From an uncultured delta proteobacterium (GTDB lineage: Bacteria; Desulfobacterota; Desulfomonilia; UBA1062), in NCBI GenBank assembly GCA_963798485.1, contig CAWCTR010000010.1:10061-74060 (forward strand): a stretch of 64,000 nucleotides of DNA. The letters run 5' to 3'. A program made the translations under genes and the position numbers. Positions within the stretch are counted from its first letter, which is position 1. Each line of letters starts with the position of its first letter. Below the pieces are notes generated by a model that saw nothing but the letters and a program-made list of their open reading frames with translations, was not told the origin of the DNA and made no database searches. Of the stretch, positions 42,664 through 52,967 are shown one piece after another.

Positions 42664-43575
42664 TTAAAAACAAGGCAATTTTAAGGGAGGTCCGATCTGG
42701 GAAGAGTCCTTTACTCCAAGCGCCTTGTATATCCCCAGGGTCGCATAGGCGTTGTTGAGTGTGTAGAAATGAACACCCCTGACCTTATTCTCGATGAGGT
42801 CTCGGACTTGATTGGTTGCCCATTCAATACCGATCTTCTCTATAACTTCTGTGGATTCGGCCTGGTTGACAGCCCTCATAAGCCTTGCAGGAAAACGCGC
42901 CCCTGCTGCCAGCTCGGCCATCCGGATCATGCCGTTTTTCGTGATTATGGGCATGATGCCGGCAATGATCGGGATGTTAATACCTGCGAGGTCACATCGT
43001 TCACAAAAATCATAAAAATCCCTGTTATCGAAAAAAAGTTGCGTTATGATGTAGTCAGCACCGGAATCCACCTTGGCCTTTAGGTAATCGATCTCCTTGA
43101 GCCTGTTGGGTGTCTCGGGATGGCCCTCAGGGAAGCCTGCAACCCCGATGCTTATAAAGGGAAAGTGTTTCTTGATGAATGTGACGAGGTCAGAGGCATG
43201 AGCGAAACCATTAGGCGGTGCAGACCAGGTGCAGAAGCCTACAGGAGGATCCCCTCTGAGTGCAAGGATGTTTTCTATGCCGTTGTCTGTATAACGGGTT
43301 AATATTTTTAAGATATCTTCCTGGGTGGATTCCACACAGGTAAGGTGGGAAACAACGGTGAGGTCAGTTTCTCTCTTTATGCGCATGACCAGTTGGTGCG
43401 TGTTCTCGCGGGTTGATCCGCCGGCGCCGTACGTGACGCTTACCCATGAAGGTTTAAGAGGCGTAAGGTCGGATATAGTATGAAAAAGGTGCTCCCATGC
43501 GGCATCGTTCCTGGGTGGAAAGAATTCAAAACTGAATGTGGGCCCCGTATTATTAAGGATACTTTTTACGAGCAT
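42664..43575 (-). CDS. metF: Methylenetetrahydrofolate reductase
   Basis: FSFEFFPPRN, VSVTYGAGGSTR, LTCV, LRGDPP. Confidence 0.9.
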   Translation of the reverse strand: MLVKSILNNTGPTFSFEFFPPRNDAAWEHLFHTISDLTPLKPSWVSVTYGAGGSTRENTHQLVMRIKRETDLTVVSHLTCVESTQEDILKILTRYTDNGIENILALRGDPPVGFCTWSAPPNGFAHASDLVTFIKKHFPFISIGVAGFPEGHPETPNRLKEIDYLKAKVDSGADYIITQLFFDNRDFYDFCERCDLAGINIPIIAGIMPIITKNGMIRMAELAAGARFPARLMRAVNQAESTEVIEKIGIEWATNQVRDLIENKVRGVHFYTLNNAYATLGIYKALGVKDSSQIGPPLKLPCF

Positions 43576-43623
43576 AATTCACCTTTTGTATTCTCTTCCA
43601 AGTCAACAAAACCCCTGGTGGCC

Positions 43624-44631
43624 TTAGTATCCGTGAGGATTGTTTGACTGCCATCTCCATGTATCTATACACATTTCTTCAATCCCTCGCTTGGCAGCCC
43701 AGCCGAGCTCCCTGTTCGCCTTGGAGGGATCTGCAAAACAGGCCGCAATGTCTCCATCTCTCCTCCCCACGATTTGAAAGCGTATCTTTCTGCTGCAGGC
43801 CTTCTCAAAGGCACTCACTACCTCTAGAACACTATACCCGCGACCCGTACCGAGATTGTATGTCATAACACCACTGCCTGCCAAGAGTCGGTCAAGGGCA
43901 TAAAGATGGCCTTGTGCCAGGTCAACAACATGGATGTAGTCCCTAAGACCCGTACCATCAGGGGTAGGGTAATCATTCCCAAAGACCTTCAACTCTTGTA
44001 GTCTTCCCACCGCCACCTGGGAGATATAAGGGACTAGGTTGTTCGGTATGCCATCCGGATCTTCGCCGATGCGTCCGCTTTTATGCGCACCTATTGGGTT
44101 GAAGTATCTTAGCAGGGCTATGTTCCATGATGGGTCGGACACGAACAGATCCTTGAGGATTTCTTCGATCATTAACTTGGTGCGGCCATAGGGATTGGTT
44201 GGTCCAACCGGAAAGTCTTCCCGGATGGGAACAGCAGCCGGGTCGCCATAGACCGTAGCAGAAGAACTGAACACGATATTCTTCACAGAGTGTTCGGCCA
44301 TTACTTCACACAGGATGAGGGTGCCGGTAATGTTGTTGTGGTAGTACTTCAAGGGTACCCGGACTGATTCACCCACGGCCTTAAGCCCTGCAAAATGAAT
44401 CACCGCATCGATGTGATGCCGTGTGAATATGTCTATAAGGGCGTGTCTGTCAAGGAGATCAACAGGGTTAAATATCAGAGGTTTCCCCGTGATTTCTTGC
44501 ACCCGTTTGAGGGATTCTTCCTTGGAGTTCATGAGGTTGTCAACGACAACGACTTCATGGCCTGTCTCCAAGAGTTCGAGGCAGGTATGACTCCCGATAT
44601 ATCCGGCTCCGCCTGTTACAAGTATCTTCAA
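43624..44631 (-). CDS. galE: UDP-glucose 4-epimerase
   Basis: [37 protein letters not shown]. Confidence 0.95.
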   Translation of the reverse strand: MKILVTGGAGYIGSHTCLELLETGHEVVVVDNLMNSKEESLKRVQEITGKPLIFNPVDLLDRHALIDIFTRHHIDAVIHFAGLKAVGESVRVPLKYYHNNITGTLILCEVMAEHSVKNIVFSSSATVYGDPAAVPIREDFPVGPTNPYGRTKLMIEEILKDLFVSDPSWNIALLRYFNPIGAHKSGRIGEDPDGIPNNLVPYISQVAVGRLQELKVFGNDYPTPDGTGLRDYIHVVDLAQGHLYALDRLLAGSGVMTYNLGTGRGYSVLEVVSAFEKACSRKIRFQIVGRRDGDIAACFADPSKANRELGWAAKRGIEEMCIDTWRWQSNNPHGY

Positions 44632-44658
44632 TGGGTTCTCCCAAGTGGAAAAGGAATC

Positions 44659-46782
44659 TTAATGGGCCACTGTTTGGGCTTGTTTTGAAGTATTCGACTT
44701 GTTCTTAATCACGAGATAATCCACCAGAATATTCCCGCTTTCAACAAGCTCGGCATCATCCTTTGCGGGTTTGGTCCGCTGAGATTCATCCTTGTCTTCA
44801 TTCAATTGATCAAGATTTGTTATGGGTTTGAGCCCCTTGGCCTTTCTGAGCTTATTCTCAAGCGCAATCCTTTGTACTTCATTTGTTTTCTTTTCCTGGA
44901 GTCTTGTAGAAAGCCTCAGGGAGATCTTTTTTTTATCCCGCGCAGCTTTCAGGTACTTCATCATACCGAGGGTATAGGTGTAGTCGGGGTCATGTTGCAT
45001 GCGTGTGGTATGCATGGAACGAAGCTGAGCCTTATAAGGCGAGATATCCCCAAAAACGTAGTGAGGTACGGCGCTGATGGCATCCCATGGCATGGCATCC
45101 TTGAGCGAGCTTTCGCCGATTGTGTCCTTATCGTAAAGACTCGGATAATAGAGATCCGGGACTATACCACGGTGTTGGGTGCTTTCCCCGGAGATCCGAT
45201 AGAATTTGGCTGTGGTCACTTTGAGCTGCCCGCGAGAGAGATTGAGCAGTGTCTGAACCGTTCCTTTGCCAAAGGTGCTGTCTCCTGCGATGATCCCGCG
45301 ACCATAATCCTGGATTGCGCCTGCAAATATCTCGGATGCGGATGCGCTCAACCGGCTGATAATAACTGCCAGGGGGCCTGAATAATAAGCTTTGGGGTCA
45401 CGGTCATAGAGGGTCTCTGTCGCGCCATCAGCTGAGCGTATAAGAACAGTAGGACCGCGCTTAATAAACAAACCCGTTAACGTGTTGGCCTCCTGCAGTG
45501 ATCCTCCGCCGTTATCTCTCAGGTCGATGACAACACCATTCACATGTAGCGCTTCGAGCTCGCCTAATATACGTTTTACATCCCTTGTTGTGCTTTTGTA
45601 GTCCTCGCTGTCGGATTGCATTGCCCTGATATCGAGGTAAAAGGTGGGTATATGGATAATGCCTACCTTATAGGTTTTGCCGCCTCTGGTTATATCGATT
45701 ACATCCTTGCTGGCAGCCTGGTCTTCAAGCCGGACCATGCCCCGCATGAGCTTTACGATCTTGGTCTGATGGTCATCACTTGCATCGGCTGGAATGATTT
45801 TGAGGCGAACCAAGGTATTTTTAGGGCCACGGATGAGATCAACGACATCATCAAGGCGCCAACCGACTACATCTGTAATCTCTCCCTCCGGCCCCTGGCC
45901 CACCCCGGTGATTTTATCATTAGGCTTGATCTGTTTGGATTTGTCGGCAGGCCCGGCAGTAATAAGCCGCACAACCTTGGTGTGCTCGTTCTCCGTGGTG
46001 AGCATGGCGCCGATACCTTCGAGGGAAAGGCTCATATTAATATTGAAGTTCTCGGATGATCTCGGGGAGAAATACGAGGTATGAGGGTCATAGCTTGTTG
46101 CCAATGAATTCATGAATACTTGGAATACGTCCTCGCTCGTGTTTTGGCGGAGACGCTTGAGTTGGCTCCAGTAGCGTTTCGATAGGGTGGTGGTGATCTC
46201 GGGCATGGACTTGCCTTCAAGCTTCATATTGATAACGTCGTTCTTGAGAGCCTTGGTCCACAGTTCTTCGAGCTCGGAGCGGGAAGCAGGCCATGCTGCA
46301 TTATCCCGGTCTGTTTCTAAATAGTCTGTCTTTTCTAAGTTTATATCTTTGAGGCCGCCTTCTATCCGGCTGATGATGAAGACGAGTCTTTGTGCAATCC
46401 TTTCATCATATCTGTTGAAGATTGTGAAGGCAGGGGTTAAATCTCCCTTCAGGAGACCGTCATCCAGCCGGTAGCGGAATGGTTCGAATTCTTTGATATC
46501 AGATGCAAGGAAATACATATGTGAAGGATCAATATCCGACAGATATCGGTCAAAGACCTTGCTGGAGAGCGCATCGTCTATAGCGACCTTCTTGTAGTGG
46601 TTCTTTTTGAGATCCCTGAGGATCTCGGTGGTAACACGCTGGTACTCTTTTAAGGGTGTAATCTCTTTTATATAGTCCGATGGTTTAAGGGAATCGGATG
46701 CCAGCGGTTCGCTGCCGACTGCAGATATAGCAATAAGCCACGTGATTATAAGTAAATATATGTATTTTGATTTTGTGCTCAT
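44659..46782 (-). CDS. prc: Tail-specific (C-terminal processing) protease, S41 family
   Basis: 707 aa. Contains a signal peptide, a PDZ region, DLRDNGGGSL and SASASEIFAGA. Confidence 0.9.
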   Translation of the reverse strand: MSTKSKYIYLLIITWLIAISAVGSEPLASDSLKPSDYIKEITPLKEYQRVTTEILRDLKKNHYKKVAIDDALSSKVFDRYLSDIDPSHMYFLASDIKEFEPFRYRLDDGLLKGDLTPAFTIFNRYDERIAQRLVFIISRIEGGLKDINLEKTDYLETDRDNAAWPASRSELEELWTKALKNDVINMKLEGKSMPEITTTLSKRYWSQLKRLRQNTSEDVFQVFMNSLATSYDPHTSYFSPRSSENFNINMSLSLEGIGAMLTTENEHTKVVRLITAGPADKSKQIKPNDKITGVGQGPEGEITDVVGWRLDDVVDLIRGPKNTLVRLKIIPADASDDHQTKIVKLMRGMVRLEDQAASKDVIDITRGGKTYKVGIIHIPTFYLDIRAMQSDSEDYKSTTRDVKRILGELEALHVNGVVIDLRDNGGGSLQEANTLTGLFIKRGPTVLIRSADGATETLYDRDPKAYYSGPLAVIISRLSASASEIFAGAIQDYGRGIIAGDSTFGKGTVQTLLNLSRGQLKVTTAKFYRISGESTQHRGIVPDLYYPSLYDKDTIGESSLKDAMPWDAISAVPHYVFGDISPYKAQLRSMHTTRMQHDPDYTYTLGMMKYLKAARDKKKISLRLSTRLQEKKTNEVQRIALENKLRKAKGLKPITNLDQLNEDKDESQRTKPAKDDAELVESGNILVDYLVIKNKSNTSKQAQTVAH

Positions 46783-46884
46783 GTGAGTTCAGCCAGTGAG
46801 TGCATAGTGTGTGCGCTTATATAGCAACTCTATCGGCAAAACACAATGCCAGGTTAGATACAGGCACTGGGAAGATGAGATTTT

Positions 46885-46911
46885 TCATATAAATCATATA
46901 AATCATATAAA
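46885..46911. repeat. Three perfect 9-bp direct repeats (TCATATAAA)x3
   Basis: tcatataaa tcatataaa tcatataaa lies between the par-like operon 3' end (46971) and the prc start (46782). Confidence 0.85.
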
Positions 46912-46970
46912 TAAGGTTGCCTTGATGCCGGAGATGCCCTGGAGCAGCCAAAAAAGAGAAGCAGCAGCTG

Positions 46971-47435
46971 TTACTCCTTTGCAAATCTTCTGATGAGATT
47001 ATCTGTTATGTCCTTAAGTATAGGGACCTTCCGGAAGAAGGATGGGATTTTGAGTTTTACCTCAATTACAGGCATGTTCTCCTCACCAGTCCCGTCATGG
47101 GCCCCAATTCCTTTTTCGGGCGTAGAGCTGAAAGAAACCTTCACCTGGAGCCTCTTTGTGCCGGCCGATACCTGGTTATTCACCGGGGAGATCAAGGATA
47201 TAGTGGAGGGTTTCTGCTCATCGTTGCCGCTAATTCCCTGGATGTGCTCTATATGTTCAACGATCTCGAAGGCCTTGATCATTTGTTTGTTCCTGGCTGA
47301 GTCCGCAGGGGTCTTATCTGTATTTTCGTTTGATCTGAGGTCCTGGCTTGATGAGAGAATCTCGTCGGGTTTTTCTTTAACCGTGGCCTGATTTTCATTC
47401 AACCTTTTTCTTTTTCTTGGCAGTGACATAGTCAT
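46971..47435 (-). CDS. Hypothetical protein, basic N-terminus then low complexity; candidate ParA partner
   Basis: MTMSLPRKRKRLNENQ... It overlaps the ParA-like gene 3' end by 41 nt. I recognise no domain. Confidence 0.5.
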   Translation of the reverse strand: MTMSLPRKRKRLNENQATVKEKPDEILSSSQDLRSNENTDKTPADSARNKQMIKAFEIVEHIEHIQGISGNDEQKPSTISLISPVNNQVSAGTKRLQVKVSFSSTPEKGIGAHDGTGEENMPVIEVKLKIPSFFRKVPILKDITDNLIRRFAKE

Positions 47436-48144
47436 TCTCCATCAAGGTGGTAATGGTTTTTGCGATCTCTTCCATATCATGAACTGCAATGAGGGTTTGT
47501 TTGTGATGCCTTTTATTTGTGCTGACTGACAGGGAATATTCACCCAACGTGATACCTTCACGATTGAAATTCTCATAAACGGTTCTAGCCGGATAGGTTA
47601 TGTTCAGACATCCCACGTTTGGAGGAAGGATTGCAGTGAAATAATCCGCTATTGTCTTCGTATTGGCCTTGGGGTGGGTAAAGGATGGGAGCACAAAAAA
47701 ATTCCCCTTCCTTTTCGGATCGATCTTGATGACCTCCTTGATGATTGGGTAGAGATTATCTGCAAAGGCCGCCTCATCGTTGGTGGAGGTCCTCATGGGT
47801 ATGACAACCAGGTCAGATACGGCACAGGCAAAACGGGTATGAAGCTTGCCTGTGCTCTCCCCGGGTATGTCCATGACAATGAGATCGTTGTGGGCTGAAA
47901 TGGATTTGATCCCATCTGCAAAGACCTCTTTCTGGGTGCTGGATATATGATGGAATGACACGCCCGGCGATTTTCTCCCGAGTTCTGTGCGCTCATCCCA
48001 CCATGCCCGAAGAGTTCCCTGGGGATCCAATTCTACCAGCGCAATGGAACGAAACATTCCATTAATATATTTTGAGAATGCAATATTCAACGCCAGCGTG
48101 CTTTTCCCGGTTCCGCCCTTGGTCTGGACAAAGCTGATGATCAT
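47395..48144 (-). CDS. ParA/MinD-family P-loop ATPase (small ParA-like, no N-terminal HTH)
   Basis: Deviant Walker A VQTKGGTGKST. LVELDPQG. Walker B LIVMDIPG. Confidence 0.85.
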   Translation of the reverse strand: MIISFVQTKGGTGKSTLALNIAFSKYINGMFRSIALVELDPQGTLRAWWDERTELGRKSPGVSFHHISSTQKEVFADGIKSISAHNDLIVMDIPGESTGKLHTRFACAVSDLVVIPMRTSTNDEAAFADNLYPIIKEVIKIDPKRKGNFFVLPSFTHPKANTKTIADYFTAILPPNVGCLNITYPARTVYENFNREGITLGEYSLSVSTNKRHHKQTLIAVHDMEEIAKTITTLMENDYVTAKKKKKVE

Positions 48145-48267
48145 GATCTCCCCTGCATGATTATCTTACCGCACTATACCCACCTCAACTTTTACGAGAT
48201 AGCCCCATGGGTGTCAAGGAACAATACGCATTGAATAAAAGGATGGTATAGGCCTTTGTCATGTGGT

Positions 48268-48594
48268 TCATCTGCATACGGTTTCAATCCAGTTTAAGTA
48301 TTTTTCCAGCCCCCCGGTTGCGGGGACCATTAAAATTTCAGGCACTTCATAAGGGTGGTTTCTTGAGATGAAATCCTCGATACTGTTATAGAGGGAACTC
48401 TTTGTTTTGATAAGGAGGAGCCGTTCCTCTTCTTTGCAGATCTCCCCCTTCCATTCGTAAAAACTCCTAATGGGCATTATCTGTACACATGCAGCGAGCC
48501 TGCTTTCAATAAGGGATCGGGAGAGCATCTCTGCATGACCATCGTTTGGACATGAGCAGAAAACAATACAATATCGTTCTTTATCAGGCATCAT
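48268..48594 (-). CDS. cutA: CutA divalent-cation tolerance protein
   Basis: AGGAGG RBS before ATGATG 48594. RLAACVQIMPIRSFYEWKGEI...HPYEVPEIL. Confidence 0.85.
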   Translation of the reverse strand: MMPDKERYCIVFCSCPNDGHAEMLSRSLIESRLAACVQIMPIRSFYEWKGEICKEEERLLLIKTKSSLYNSIEDFISRNHPYEVPEILMVPATGGLEKYLNWIETVCR

Positions 48595-48967
48595 CGGCTT
48601 GTCCTCCTGAAAGTAATTATTCTGGAACAACCCTTGTATGTCAAGCAGGTGTACACGGGACTCGGGCGCCCCAGGATCGGATGGGATATCGATCATTGAG
48701 TTGAAGTGTTGCCATGACACTGGAAATCACGGCCCGCGCCCTCTTGAGCGTTATTCAATTTCAAGGCGTTCAGTAAAATCAACTAATCAAATTTTCTACG
48801 TATTAAAAAGAACTCTTGATTCATTTGTCAGATAATTGAATACTAGAATACTACGCACTGTATTACAAACCTATAATAAGAAGTATTAGATTTGTATGAT
48901 GAGACGACAAGATAAGAAAATCACACCACTATGCGGTGTATAATAAACCAACAGGAGGGGGATTAAG

Positions 48968-50833
48968 ATGGCGAGCTTGATTTTGGATGAAAGGGATCAG
49001 CAGTTTGTTCTCTATGAGATGCTTGGGGTGGAGGAGGTATGTGAACAACCGAAGTACGCGGATTTCTCCAAAGAGACCTTTAACATGATCCTCACCGAGG
49101 CTAGGAAGATCGCAGAGGAAGAGATCCTTCCCATACTCTCGGAGGGTGATAAGGAAGGGTGCAAGCTCATTGACGGTAATGTGCGCGTGCCTAAATGCTT
49201 TCACCGGGCATATAAGCTCTTTTGTGAAGGCGGATGGATCGGGATGTCCTTCTCCCCTGAGGAAGGAGGGCAGGGGATACCGGAGAGCGTGAAATATGCA
49301 GCTATTGAGTGGTTCTACCATAATTTCGCCTTTATTGCATATCCCTTTGCCACCGAAGGAGCGGCCCACCTTATCCTGACCTACGGGACCGAGGCACAGA
49401 AAAAGAAGTACATGGAGAAGATGATCCAGGGTGTCTGGGGCGGGACTATGGCGCTGACCGAACCGGGTGCAGGCACCGATGTGGGGAACCTGAGCACCAA
49501 GGCGGTCCGACAGAGTGATGGGACGTTCAAGCTCCAAGGCACCAAGATATTCATCACCGGTGGAGACCAGGACTTGGTGGAGAACGTTATCCATCCGGTT
49601 CTTGCCAGGATCGAGGGTGACCCGGCCGGCACCAAGGGGATTTCAATATTCATAGTTCCCAAGTATCTCGTCAACGAGGATGGCACTCTGGGAAGGCGCA
49701 ATGATTATGAGATAGCCAAGATCGAAGAGAAGATGGGCATCCATGGCAGCGCGACATGCTTGATCAATTTCGGTGATAGCAACAATTGTTATGCCGAACT
49801 GCTGGGTCAGGAGCGCGAGGGCATGAAGATCATGTTCCAGATGATGAACGAGGCCAGGCTTGCTGTTGGCATGCAGGGCCTCTGCAGTGCATCCATCGCC
49901 TATCTGCACGCGCTGCAGTATACCAAGCAGAGGCTTCAGGGATCATCCCTCATGGAAATGAAGAACCCGTTGGCGCCGCGTGTCCCCATTATACAGCACC
50001 CGGATGTGAGAAGGATGCTCCTGTGGATGAAGTCCAACGTGGACAGCCTGAGGGCCATAACTTACTTTACGGCATACTGTTTCGACATGCATAAGATTGC
50101 AGCGGATGATGCGGAAAAGGACAAATGGCTCGGGTATGCAGAGATCCTTACCCCTATCGTAAAGGCCTACAGTTCAGACATCGGGTTCAGGGTTACAGAG
50201 ACTGCCATGCAGTGCTATGGCGGATATGGCTTCTGCAGCGAATACCCGGTGGAGCAGTTCATGCGGGACGAAAAGATTGCATCCATCTATGAGGGGGCGA
50301 ACGGTATCCAGGCCCTGGACCTCATCGGCAGAAAGCTGGGCATGAAGAAGGGCGCCTATTTCATGAATATACTGGGCCTCATGGGTTCTACCGTGACGAA
50401 ATATAAAGACGTGAGCGGCTTGAAGGATCTTGCCGACGGTGTTCAGGCCGGGGTGAATGCCCTTGCCGATATGGGTCTTTACTTGGCGAATTGTGGCAAG
50501 GCAGGTAAGTTCTTCGTGCCCATCAGCAGCGCTTACCCCTTCCTTATGATGATGGGCAAGGTGGTATCCGGCTGGTTCCTCTTCTGGCAAGCGGGTGTTG
50601 CCAAGCAAAAGCTTGATGGGCTTGCCAGGCAGAACGGTATTGATCCTGCCGATAAGGTGGGTCTGGCCGGGTTGGCAAAAACCAGCAAGGATGCCGCATT
50701 CTACATGGGTAAGGTTGCCGGCGCCCAGTATTTCATCAGAAATGTGCTCCCAGAGGTGGAGGCCGCAGTGAAGGCCATCAAGAACGAAGACATGTCCATC
50801 ATCGAGATACCGGAAGAGAGTTTTGCCTCGTAA
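48968..50833 (+). CDS. Large (621 aa) acyl-CoA dehydrogenase with C-terminal extension domain
   Basis: GGTMALTEPGAGTDVG, GGYGFCSEYPVEQFMRDEKIASIYEGANGIQALDL, C-terminal AFYMGKVAGAQYF. AGGAGGGGG RBS. Confidence 0.9.
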   Translation: MASLILDERDQQFVLYEMLGVEEVCEQPKYADFSKETFNMILTEARKIAEEEILPILSEGDKEGCKLIDGNVRVPKCFHRAYKLFCEGGWIGMSFSPEEGGQGIPESVKYAAIEWFYHNFAFIAYPFATEGAAHLILTYGTEAQKKKYMEKMIQGVWGGTMALTEPGAGTDVGNLSTKAVRQSDGTFKLQGTKIFITGGDQDLVENVIHPVLARIEGDPAGTKGISIFIVPKYLVNEDGTLGRRNDYEIAKIEEKMGIHGSATCLINFGDSNNCYAELLGQEREGMKIMFQMMNEARLAVGMQGLCSASIAYLHALQYTKQRLQGSSLMEMKNPLAPRVPIIQHPDVRRMLLWMKSNVDSLRAITYFTAYCFDMHKIAADDAEKDKWLGYAEILTPIVKAYSSDIGFRVTETAMQCYGGYGFCSEYPVEQFMRDEKIASIYEGANGIQALDLIGRKLGMKKGAYFMNILGLMGSTVTKYKDVSGLKDLADGVQAGVNALADMGLYLANCGKAGKFFVPISSAYPFLMMMGKVVSGWFLFWQAGVAKQKLDGLARQNGIDPADKVGLAGLAKTSKDAAFYMGKVAGAQYFIRNVLPEVEAAVKAIKNEDMSIIEIPEESFAS

Positions 50834-50852
50834 CCATGTGGAGGGGGTACAT

Positions 50853-52967
50853 ATGGAAAAGCTTTTTTATCCTGAATCAATAGCGATCTTCGGGCTTTCT
50901 TCAAAATCCAGCAATATTCCCCGGATGACCCTGGAAAACATGCTCCGCTGGGGATACCGGGGTAGGATCTTCGGGATCAATCCCAAAGGCGAGGACATTC
51001 ATGTCGACGGCATAAAGATATACCGCAGTCTTACGGACCTTCCGGAAGTGCCGGACATGGCATACTGCCTTATCCCTGCCAGGTTTGTACCCGAAGTGGT
51101 CGAGCAATGCGGAAGGTTCGGCATCAAACGGATGGCGATCTCGAGCGGAGGCTTTTCCGAGTTCAGCGAAGAGGGGAGGAAGCTTTCAGAAGAGACACTC
51201 GGGGCGGCCCGGAAATGGGGGATCAGGTTCGTCGGGCCCAATGGGGTAACGGTTGCCAACACAGCCAATGGCCTGTGTCTGCCTTTCGTCCCCCTCCACA
51301 AGGCGCCTGAGGGCGGCATGTCGGTGATAGCCCAGAGCGGAGGGGTTGCCCTCATGATGTTCAATTTTCTTGTAGACGAGAATATCGGGATGGCCAAGTT
51401 TGCGAGCATCGGGAACAAGCTCGATCTTGACGAAGTAGACTTCCTCGAATATTTCATTTCCGACCCGGATACGAAGATCATCTGTCTGTATCTGGAGAGC
51501 ATCGAAAGGGGGCAGAGGTTCATCGAGGTTGCCATGCAGAGCCCCAAGCCCATTGTTGTCCTGAAATCAAATACGACGAGCGCCGGAAGAAAGGCCGCCA
51601 TGAGCCATACCGCTGCGCTCAGCAATGATGATGCAATCATCGATACGGCCTTTGAGCGCGCTGGTGTTATCCGAATCCACGACTACCATGATTTCTTTGC
51701 TATAGTGAAGGCATTCGAGCTCCCTCCCATGAAGGGAAGGAGGGTCATGGTGATGAGCCCTGCCGGAGGGTTTTCCGTCATAACTACAGACCTTTGTGAG
51801 AAGGCGGGTTTTACCTTTGCAGACCCTGGCCGCGATTTCTATGACAGCTTGCAGAAGTTTTCCAATGCAGGCGTCATAAAGTTCTCAAACCCGCTGGATA
51901 TGGGGGATATCTATGATCCGCAGCTTTCAGCCCATGTGATCTATTCCGTAATGCACAGCGATCAGGTTGATGGCGTGCTCTTTGTCGGTCAACGCCCACA
52001 GATGCCGGCCGGGGAAAATGTCTTTTACCGTATGTTCCTCACCGATATGTCGAAGGAGGCCTGGGGCACGATCCTCTCCTCGGGAAAGCCTCTCGGGATA
52101 TGCCTTTTTGGACCATCCAGGATGATCCTGCAGACAAAGCGGACAGTGAACTTCCCGGTTTTCAACAGCGCTGAGGAGATGGTCCGGGTCATGGCCATGC
52201 AGATGAATTTTTATGAGCACAGGTCGCGGCCTGCTTTTAAAACTGAGATGCCGACAGCGGTCCGGTTGCGTAAAGCCGACTCGTGGATTCAGGACAAGTC
52301 CGGTGACATAGGAGAAGAGACTATAGAGCTTTTGGAGACATTCGGGGTGTCTGTAGCAAAAAGCATGGTGATTCAGGATGCCAATCAGGCTGCAAAGTAT
52401 GCTCAGAAGATAGGATTTCCTGTTGTGATGAAAGTTGTCTCTCCGGATGCACTCCACAAGTCCGAAGCAGGGGGTGTTGTGCTTAATGTCAGTGATGTGG
52501 GCCAGGTAAGGCAGTCATATAAGGGGCTCCGGGATAATCTCTATGCTTACAAGAGGGATGCACGGTTCAAAGGAGTAAGGATCGGACCAATGGCGCCTGA
52601 TGGATGCGATATGTTCATCGGTGCGAAATATGATGCATCGTTCGGGCCGGTTGTGTTCTTCGGAATGGGTGGTGTGTATATTGAGATCTTAAAAGATGTT
52701 GCATCTGCATTGTGCCCGACAACGCCACAGGAGGTGATGGAAAAACTGGAAAGATTGAAATCCTTCGCTTTGCTCAAGGGATACCGGGGACAAGATCCTT
52801 ATGACATCGATGCGTTTGTTGATTGTGTGGTGAGGGTATCCCATCTTATGAGCAGATTCACCCGGATAGAAGAGCTTGATGTCAATCCGGTCAGGGTGTT
52901 CTCCGGAGGCAAAGGTCTCCTTGCGCTGGATGCACGAATGAGAATCAGAAAATCATCATCCGCTTGA
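50853..52967 (+). CDS. ADP-forming acetyl/acyl-CoA synthetase (fused alpha-beta, NDP-forming ACD family)
   Basis: FYPESIAIFGLSSK CoA-binding start, catalytic His region AAMSHTAALS, and a C-terminal ATP-grasp GFPVVMKVVSPDALHKSEAGGV. Confidence 0.9.
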   Translation: MEKLFYPESIAIFGLSSKSSNIPRMTLENMLRWGYRGRIFGINPKGEDIHVDGIKIYRSLTDLPEVPDMAYCLIPARFVPEVVEQCGRFGIKRMAISSGGFSEFSEEGRKLSEETLGAARKWGIRFVGPNGVTVANTANGLCLPFVPLHKAPEGGMSVIAQSGGVALMMFNFLVDENIGMAKFASIGNKLDLDEVDFLEYFISDPDTKIICLYLESIERGQRFIEVAMQSPKPIVVLKSNTTSAGRKAAMSHTAALSNDDAIIDTAFERAGVIRIHDYHDFFAIVKAFELPPMKGRRVMVMSPAGGFSVITTDLCEKAGFTFADPGRDFYDSLQKFSNAGVIKFSNPLDMGDIYDPQLSAHVIYSVMHSDQVDGVLFVGQRPQMPAGENVFYRMFLTDMSKEAWGTILSSGKPLGICLFGPSRMILQTKRTVNFPVFNSAEEMVRVMAMQMNFYEHRSRPAFKTEMPTAVRLRKADSWIQDKSGDIGEETIELLETFGVSVAKSMVIQDANQAAKYAQKIGFPVVMKVVSPDALHKSEAGGVVLNVSDVGQVRQSYKGLRDNLYAYKRDARFKGVRIGPMAPDGCDMFIGAKYDASFGPVVFFGMGGVYIEILKDVASALCPTTPQEVMEKLERLKSFALLKGYRGQDPYDIDAFVDCVVRVSHLMSRFTRIEELDVNPVRVFSGGKGLLALDARMRIRKSSSA

